DNA of 64,000 nt. Source: Eledone cirrhosa (lineage: Eukaryota). Every line of letters starts with the position of its first letter. Position 1 is the first letter of the stretch. A model generated the notes under the pieces. The model saw nothing but the letters and a program-made list of their open reading frames with translations. It did no database searches and was not told the origin of the DNA. Positions 55,984 to 64,000 of the stretch are shown piece by piece. The translations under genes were made by a program, and so were the position numbers. The stretch lies in assembly GCA_964016885.1 (NCBI GenBank), contig OZ024740.1:266166001-266230000 (forward strand), given 5' to 3'.

Positions 55984-57001
55984 GTGGGGTAGATTCAGTG
56001 AATGTGTGTATGTGTTATAATTACTTACTGAAATATATACATTATAGCCTAACTATAAATAAACACACAGGCATATTTAACTAGTGAAAAAAAAACAGAA
56101 AATTGTTATTTACACAATTTCTGGTGGAACGTAGTATATTTTTCTTGTATTTGTGTATGCCGCATTAGAAATATATGAAATATATCATTTCAGCAAAATC
56201 ATGAAATAATAAATGCTGGAAGATTCCTTTGCTTTTCTATTTGTTGTTTTGGGTTTTCTTCCCTTTCTTCTTCGGCTTCTCTTTCCTCTTCTATTTCTTC
56301 GGGCGTTTTACCATATTGCCTGAAGCTAAAGACATTTCCCAACAGCTCAGCAGATAATGACAGAAAGATGAAACTATGTCTAAAGGTCGGAAAGAAGAAA
56401 CATTTTTAATCAAAAATCTCACTAGATGGAATTTTTCTATTTCACGAAATCTCACGCAGACAGACACACCTCGCCACATATATACATAGTAAATTGAATA
56501 CGGAAATAACAGTATATACATGTATATGTACATACATTCATAGATACAGATCTAATACATACATACATACATACATACATACATACATACATACATACAT
56601 ACATACATACATACATACATACATACATACATACATACATGCATACAGGCATACATACATACATACATATTACATTTTTACATATATACATGTATATACA
56701 CACACATTCTGTATATATGATTGTAGATGTGTGTGGTTTTGGTTGTATGTTAATAATATCGAACTAGATTAAAGAAATGTAAACACACATCTACACACAC
56801 ACCCCTCTGTGCACACACATACACACACACATCTTTACATTTATATGCGCTATAAAATGAGAAATAAAAATAAATATAGACATTAACATACATGTGTGAT
56901 ATATAATGTATGTATATTTATACGTGCTTGCGTTTGTATATTTATATATATATATATATATATATATACTGCATATATATATATATATATATATATACAT
57001 G

Positions 57002-57110
<109 letters not shown>

Positions 57111-57786
57111 TAATAAGTTTATTAAGGGAAAATCAACTTCTATCATTTAAAAAAAAAACATATTTATTCCTCTACACATGTTTCAATGTACCAATATTTT
57201 GAAATGTTAGGAAATATTTCGCATAATTTGTATCTATATATAGGCGTAGATATATAGCCATCCTTGTACACTCCTTCTCTTCGGAGAGATTATAAAAGTT
57301 TCAAAATGAATGGAAATATGAGTGAAATATCAATTTTACCTTTGGCAGGGATGATGAACCTAAGACATGCACCATTAATACAGTGTAAATATCAAAAATT
57401 TAACAGTTTTTCTACGTAGTTTCTGTGTCAACATTTTACTAATTTTAAAGAGATAAAAAGGAAATAAAAAGTTTTATTCAAATACAATAAATAACAAACC
57501 TCATTTTACTCCTAGTAATTCATGAAACTAACCCTCTCCGTATTTTTATTCTAGGTATCAAGTAAATTAATTTAAAATGAATAGAATTCATCACCTAAAA
57601 ATACATGTAAGTAAGGGGATATGTTCACATACACACAGGAATATATATACTCATATGTACGCTTTATTGAAATATTAAACATTTAACTGCACGTCAAGAA
57701 ATACTTATGAAAGAAAGAATAATATATTGGAAACCGCCTGCAAAATCATGAGAGCAACTAGAAAAATGTCCCAATATGAAATGATA

Positions 57787-58235
57787 GTTTCTGATTTAGG
57801 CACAAGACCAACAATTTGGATTGAGGGGAAAGTTGATTAAATCAACCTCAATGCGTTACTGGTACTTTATTTAAACAACGCCGTAAGGATGAAAGGCAAA
57901 GCTAAGCTCGGCGGGATTTGAACTCAGAATGTTAAAGTCCGTAACTATATACCGCAAAGCATGTTGTTCCACGCTCTACCGATTCGGTCAATCCACCGCC
58001 CTAACAAAAAGTAATAATGGTTTCTGATTTAGGGACAAGGCCAACCATTTTGGTCGAGGGGAATGTCGATTAAATCGACTCCAATGTTTTACTGGTACTT
58101 TATTTTATTGATCCGGCGAGGATGAAAGACATAGTTAACATCGGTGGGATTTGAACTCAGAATATAAAGAGCCGTAACTATATGCCACAAAGTATTTTAT
58201 CCGGCGCTCTTCCGATTCTGCCAATCCGCCATCCT
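57787..58235 (-). mobile_element. Two tandem Nin-domain SINEs
   Basis: Both match 53500-53712. Confidence 0.85.
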
Positions 58236-58944
58236 AACAAAAGAAAATAATGCCGTGTTTTCGCGTGGAAGTCTTCTTCTGGTTTGAGATGACATTGCTC
58301 ACTTTCAATTAGATAGTGTTTCCTGTCGCAGTAAACTCGCTGCAATATCTAACTAAGTATGTATGCGAAAAGATATCCCCCGGGTCAAATGCACGTGGTC
58401 CCGCTAAGCCCTATTAGCAAACGAAATTCCATCAAATTCCCCAAAGCTTCCACATTCTCTCTCGGTTGCCACCAGACCCAGAAGAATATATGTGTATATA
58501 TGTGGGTGGATATATGTATGTGTATATGTTAGTATGTGTTCGATATGCACGTATATATACATATGCATACACACACGCACGCACACGCACACGCACACAC
58601 ACACACATACACACACACACATAACAGTAAGAGACAGTAACAGGGAACAAGCCAACTTCTATTTTAGCTGCTACAACCAAGGAGCAGATAGAGAGAAAAA
58701 GAGATAAACGAAAATATGAACAAAGAAAGTGTGGTAAGGAACTAGGTGGACCATAACGCACCAGAGTGCTTGATACTTAGAGTTGTAGAGTGGATAATAG
58801 GAAAAAAACCAAGACCCCGTGGCTGAGCTCCGGCCGTTCCGGATCTAGCTGCCGAGACGGCCGGAGCTCAGCCGTCGGGGTACTGACTCTTTTCCTATAT
58901 ATATATATATATATTTTTTTTTTTTATATCGATCGACTTTCGTC

Positions 58945-59135
58945 AAATCGGACCGAGGAAACAATGTTTCCGTTGGTCTTTCCAGTTGCTAGTACTATCT
59001 ATCGGTTGCAACTCCAGGTAGAAGGAGCAACGTGAAATAAAGTGTCTTGCTCAAGGACATAACGCATCGCCCGGTCCAGGAATCGAACTCACAACCCCAA
59101 GATTGTGAATCCAATTCTCTAACCCCTCAGCCTCA
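58945..59135 (-). mobile_element. CORE-like SINE
   Basis: Matches 4262-4457. Confidence 0.7.
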
Positions 59136-59253
<118 letters not shown>

Positions 59254-59277
59254 TCACACACACATATATATATGAAA

Positions 59278-59625
59278 CACATTTAAATTTTGAAGACCAA
59301 CACAATGCGTATAATGTTAAATCGCCAAGATAACAAAATTTAGCAAATTTAAGGATCCCAAATATTTTCGGGGTTTAAAAACCCATTATCAATGGAGTAA
59401 CCCCATCAGAGACTTAAACATCGTACGGATAGAGTTCTTTGTATGGAAGCATACAAACAAGACTATCCGATCGTGCTTTAAGTCTCTCATAGGGTTATTC
59501 CCTTGATAATAGGTTTTTAAACCTGAAAATATTTGGGATCCTTAAATTTGCTAAGGTAAGTTTCTTTTTTTATCTTGGCAATTTAACATTATACGCATTG
59601 TGTTGGTCTTCAAAACTCAAATGTG
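59278..59625. repeat. Imperfect ~170-bp-arm palindrome, probable old PLE fold-back
   Basis: 'ttttgaagaccaacacaatgcgtataatgttaaat' is inverted at 59580-59615. Confidence 0.7.
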
Positions 59626-59706
59626 TGTGTCCTATTAAACAATGCTTCCAGCAACCTACAAACCCCTAGATTTGTAATATAGATGGCTAAACAATGCAAA
59701 ATGGAC

Positions 59707-59828
59707 TCTGCAAGATGGGGTAACGAAAAATAAGTTACCTGGTAATCTTTGTTTTGTATATATATATATATATATATACAAAACAAAGATTACCAGGTAA
59801 CTTATTTTTCGTTACCTCATCTTGCAGA
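59707..59828. repeat. Palindrome centred on (TA)n
   Basis: ~50-bp arms 'tctgcaagatg..ctttgttttg'. Confidence 0.8.
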
Positions 59829-59831
59829 TAT

Positions 59832-59883
<52 letters not shown>

Positions 59884-60391
59884 AATAAAGATTCAGCGAG
59901 AATCGCATTTCGGCGGGCAGGAAAAGCGAAGCGAAACGCAAAAATCAGAAATGATACTGGCAAAGTGCTCAATAGTTAAAAGCCAGAGCTAAACAATGTG
60001 TTAAGAAGCCATACAAAACTGAAAAGGTAGTCAAGAAGGCATTAACCACCCAAGCCAAAAACCAAATCAAGCTAAACAGGTCAAAACAAAATAAATGATA
60101 AAAAATAAATGATAACCAGACCTGGACTCCCAGAATTGCTGTTACAATCCGATGTAGAGTTTCTGTGACACCTAAATCAAAATGCAGTCTGCTTAAAAAT
60201 ATAAGCTTTGGGTATAATGATCGAACAAAGAATATCACGTTATCAACAGGTATTTCGCTCTGTGGAAATCACAAGGAGAATAACCTCAGATTTTGTCAAA
60301 GTAATTCAGTAAGTGTATATCATGCAAAAAAATAGCATAAATAGCACAAATTGAATAAGTTCTCAACCGGGTGGTATATATACATATATAT

Positions 60392-60467
<76 letters not shown>

Positions 60468-60492
60468 TAATATGTATATATATATACATATA

Positions 60493-60567
<75 letters not shown>

Positions 60568-60648
60568 TAATTTAATTTAATTTATATATATATATACACA
60601 TATATATATAGGAAAAAAGAATGTATATATATATATGAGGAAAAAAGA

Positions 60649-60689
<41 letters not shown>

Positions 60690-60707
<18 letters not shown>

Positions 60708-60725
60708 TAATAAGGGGTATGAATC

Positions 60726-60767
<42 letters not shown>

Positions 60768-60785
60768 TAATAAGGGGTATGAATC

Positions 60786-60827
<42 letters not shown>

Positions 60828-60890
60828 TAATAAGGGGTATGAATCGATGTATATATATATATACATATATAATATTGGGTATGAATCGAA
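60690..60890. repeat. 60-bp tandem repeat containing (TA)n
   Basis: 'cacatatataataaggggtatgaatcgatg' three times plus a variant. Confidence 0.85.
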
Positions 60891-61214
60891 ATTGTAGCCG
60901 CCAAATGGCATGTATTAATCGAGTTGTTTGAGACAATCACAAAGCACTCCATGGAGCAAGAAGTTAAACATTATCGTCCAGAGTAAACACAACAGGTAAT
61001 AAAGTGTGACACCAAGAAAAACGACCACAACAATGATAAATACAAAAAGTTTGAAGACTATTTTGGCCCATCTCGAGTCGATCAGAATCGATAGAAATCG
61101 ATAAAAATCTTCGATAGGTTTCTGGTACCGTTTGACGTTGCACCATGAGTTGCATAATACTTATTATGTAATTCATGGGTACATCTCCATTATGGAACTG
61201 GAGTTCCCGTCTTC

Positions 61215-61497
61215 CGCAGGTTTTGTTCCCGTGTAGACCCCGAGCAAGATGGTTGGATAACATCCATGAGCTTGGCTCGTCTCGCTTGGGGATCCAGCCA
61301 CACTAGTTGAGAATGGTTACTTCAGACAGGATCCACTGGAAGGAGTGTTTGAGGACTGTGCCCCCACGATCTTCGCAGAAAGAAGAAGAAGAAGAAGAAG
61401 AAGAAGAAGAAGAAGAAGAAGAAGAAGAAGAAGAAGAAGAAGAAGAAGAAGAAGAAGAAGAAGAAGAAGAAGAAGCAGCAGCAGCAGCAGCAGCAGC
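61215..61497 (+). mobile_element. 3' end of an RTE-like LINE with (GAA)n(GCA)n tail
   Basis: 'RPRARWLDNIHELG..LGIQP..DRIHW' remnant. Confidence 0.55.
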
Positions 61498-62734
61498 TTA
61501 TGAGTGATGTCTGTTATCTGCCGACACACCAAACACTTACAAGAACGAACATTTACATTTCACATCACACAACACAAAATATGACAAAATAATCAAACAT
61601 TTGTGATCAACATATCTTTACATTGTAGATAATTCTCCTATCAAAAATTAAAAATAATAATTTCTGATTCAGGCACAAGGCCTAAATATATATTTAGGTT
61701 TTTATGTATTTTAAATATTTTTATATATTTTTACATATTTTTATATATATTTTTACTTTCAGGAAAATGGGAAAACTCGACGTATGGACAGCAAAGTACC
61801 GTCGAAGCGGCGTTGGGTAAAATATTACCTCGAAGGACAGAGATTAGCGGTTCGATGTGAGTTGACTCGAAGGAAGAGAAGATAGGATGGAGGAAAAAAG
61901 AATGGATGAAAGCGAATAGGTCACAAACATTAGAATATGCTCATCGGATCTGACCCTCACATATTTTTTTATATATTTTATATATTTTATATATTTTATA
62001 TATTTTGATAATATATACAGCCTTGTTACACATTGTGTTAAATTGAATTTCAACATAAAATTACATTATGGGTACACGTGTCTATGAAAAGCTCACCTAC
62101 TTGCACATTATGCAGACGATTCCTTTGTTCGAACAACTGGAACACTCGTCGCCAGAACCGATGGAGATCCAACGATTGTGTGTATAGATGTATTTACGTA
62201 TCTATACATAATTTCTTGTATGACGAACAGTCCCTGCGGTTCCACAGCCATTACCAGCAAACAACACACTTGGGAGAATGTCTCTATCTAGTCCAATTTC
62301 TTCATTTAAATAGTTGGAAACTTTACAACGTGCGTCTTGTTCCCAAGTAAACCAGTTTAGTTGAACTTACGAACTAAGGAAGTATTTATTTTTACTTCAA
62401 AAATCTCAAACATAATGGAAAAAAAATCATTTAAAAACATCTTCATCAGCGCGTAACCCTCGACAAGCCAACAAGGGAGCCCCTGCACTGTAACTCGACT
62501 TGTTAGAAATAGCAACCAAATTTCATTCAAATCACAACCTAATTCTTAAAAAAACACAAGGAATCAATGGTTAAGGTAGTCCCTGGTTCTTTTGCTGATT
62601 TCAATCATTAGATGGTGATTATGCATTGAAGAGATTTAGTCGAATTCAGCGCTAATTTTGTTTCAAGTATGGTACTTATTTTATCAATCAGTTTGGGGAA
62701 TACGCACACGCACACACACACACACACACACGAT

Positions 62735-63005
62735 GGGTGCAAACTCTGCTAAGAGTATTGCAATCGCTTGTCAGATTATAGAGTTTGGTGCACTTTTAGG
62801 CTACGGTCAGCCATACGAACCTGTAACATATCCTTAACAAACAGTGCCTGTGCTTTGAAGGTTTTTTTAAGAGGCGAAAGGCCTTGCACTCGACCAATCC
62901 CACTCTCTGATCATCGAAAACGCTAACCGAAAAGGAGAACTGGTCAACATCATCGGATGTTTAGTGGGTTGGTCATAGGGTTATTTACTCCAGTAAATAC
63001 CACTG
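62735..63005 (-). mobile_element. Diverged relative of the non-autonomous RTE-type elements
   Basis: 'ccaatcccactctctga..ccgaaaagg..tcaacatcatcgg' is shared with 13350-13420. Confidence 0.5.
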
Positions 63006-63152
63006 CATGCCAACCACTAATTTAATTTGAAAGAAGATATAGAAGAACTTTTATGTAATTTTCCTTGGTTAGAATTATCTCTCTACATTTGAAGTAATAA
63101 TTGAAGCATGACGAATATCTCAAAACCAGTATCAATAACAATTGGTATTTAT

Positions 63153-64000
63153 TGTAGTGCGTGCATTACAATTTGGTAACAGACGTACCTTGTTACATGA
63201 TAGAAGTGTAATCCTGAAATACAAGATAGGGTTAGTAAAAGCTTAACATATTTGTGCTCGGTGTGGTCAGTTCGAGAGCCTGTTACCAAAGAGAGAGATT
63301 GCCCTTTTCTCTTTCTTTTATAATACCTGGAACGGAAGTTCAAGGAATGTTCTAGAAATTCTACGGGAAGTAACTCTAGCTACTTCCCTTTGTCTAGAGA
63401 GCGCTACAGGTCTCACCTCTCAGACGAGAAGTCGAAAAACCAACCGAAGGTCATTGTAGCGAGAACCCGTAAGAAATGAGGAGCAAAGCAAGGGTACAAG
63501 AAAGTGCATGAATAAAACATGAGCTCGCAATTAAAGCAAATAGCAAAAAAGCACAAAACAAGTAAATGCATTTTACAAAGAAAAAAATAAATGTAACAAA
63601 ACTGATAATTCAAAGGTAACATAAAGGAACAGAGAAAAATTAATGCTCAATGGTAAGTTCAAAGTTTTTTCAGAATCAAATAGTTCATACATCACCAGTG
63701 TACAGACTTTTCTGACACTAATTCTATCTGAAACTGAAAAGAGTTTCTTAATGCCACTAGGGGTTAAATGTATTTAGTTTTTTACAATTTACGTGGCCAT
63801 TTTACTGTTCTGCCACTTCGTGTGACATAAGGTTGTGTGGTATGTGGTGTTTGCGGTGGAGGTGAAGGTGTTGGTGTGGGAGTGAATGTACGAGGTGTAT
63901 CAAGCATTGAAATGAGACTTTCAGAGAAAGCCCTCTTTGCTCTGTCAATGGATATTGTCTCTTTTCTACCATTGACAGCCACTGTGAAATATTTTGGTGT
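63153..64000 (-). mobile_element. 3' end of a Gypsy LTR retrotransposon; 3' LTR at 63153-63408
   Basis: Integrase tail 'ISIDRAKRA..TRSGRTVKWP'; LTR bounded by TGTAGTGC..GCGCTACA; purine-rich tract adjoins on the minus strand. Confidence 0.8.

Noticed and set aside
60690-60890. Repeat-spacer pattern resembling a CRISPR array
   Set aside because: The spacers are (TA)n rather than unique sequence; eukaryotic context and no cas genes.
61757-61960. Possible host exon after a TTTCAG acceptor
   Set aside because: No recognisable protein motif or clear donor; unsupported without transcripts.

Overview
Eukaryotic, AT-rich, microsatellite-saturated DNA; the SINE and LINE repertoire suggests an invertebrate, probably a cephalopod (inference). 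I can support no host gene, and most short ORFs in the track are translations of simple repeats. The window is a mosaic of mobile elements. (1) A cluster of R4/Dong-like RLE-type non-LTR retrotransposons (two families, 8.6-17.7 kb), all inserted in the same orientation and register into (TACA)n arrays. (2) Many Penelope-like element (PLE) pieces sitting in (TA)n, several as fold-back palindromes carrying minimal hammerhead ribozymes on both strands. (3) A canonical Helitron (23-28.3 kb, +). (4) A degenerate Helitron2/Helentron-type element (42.2-49.1 kb, -) whose Rep-helicase ends in a USP (peptidase C19) deubiquitinase domain. (5) CRE, Tx1/L1, RTE and Gypsy remnants and two tRNA-derived SINE families. 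All calls were made by eye and boundaries are approximate unless a junction sequence is quoted.
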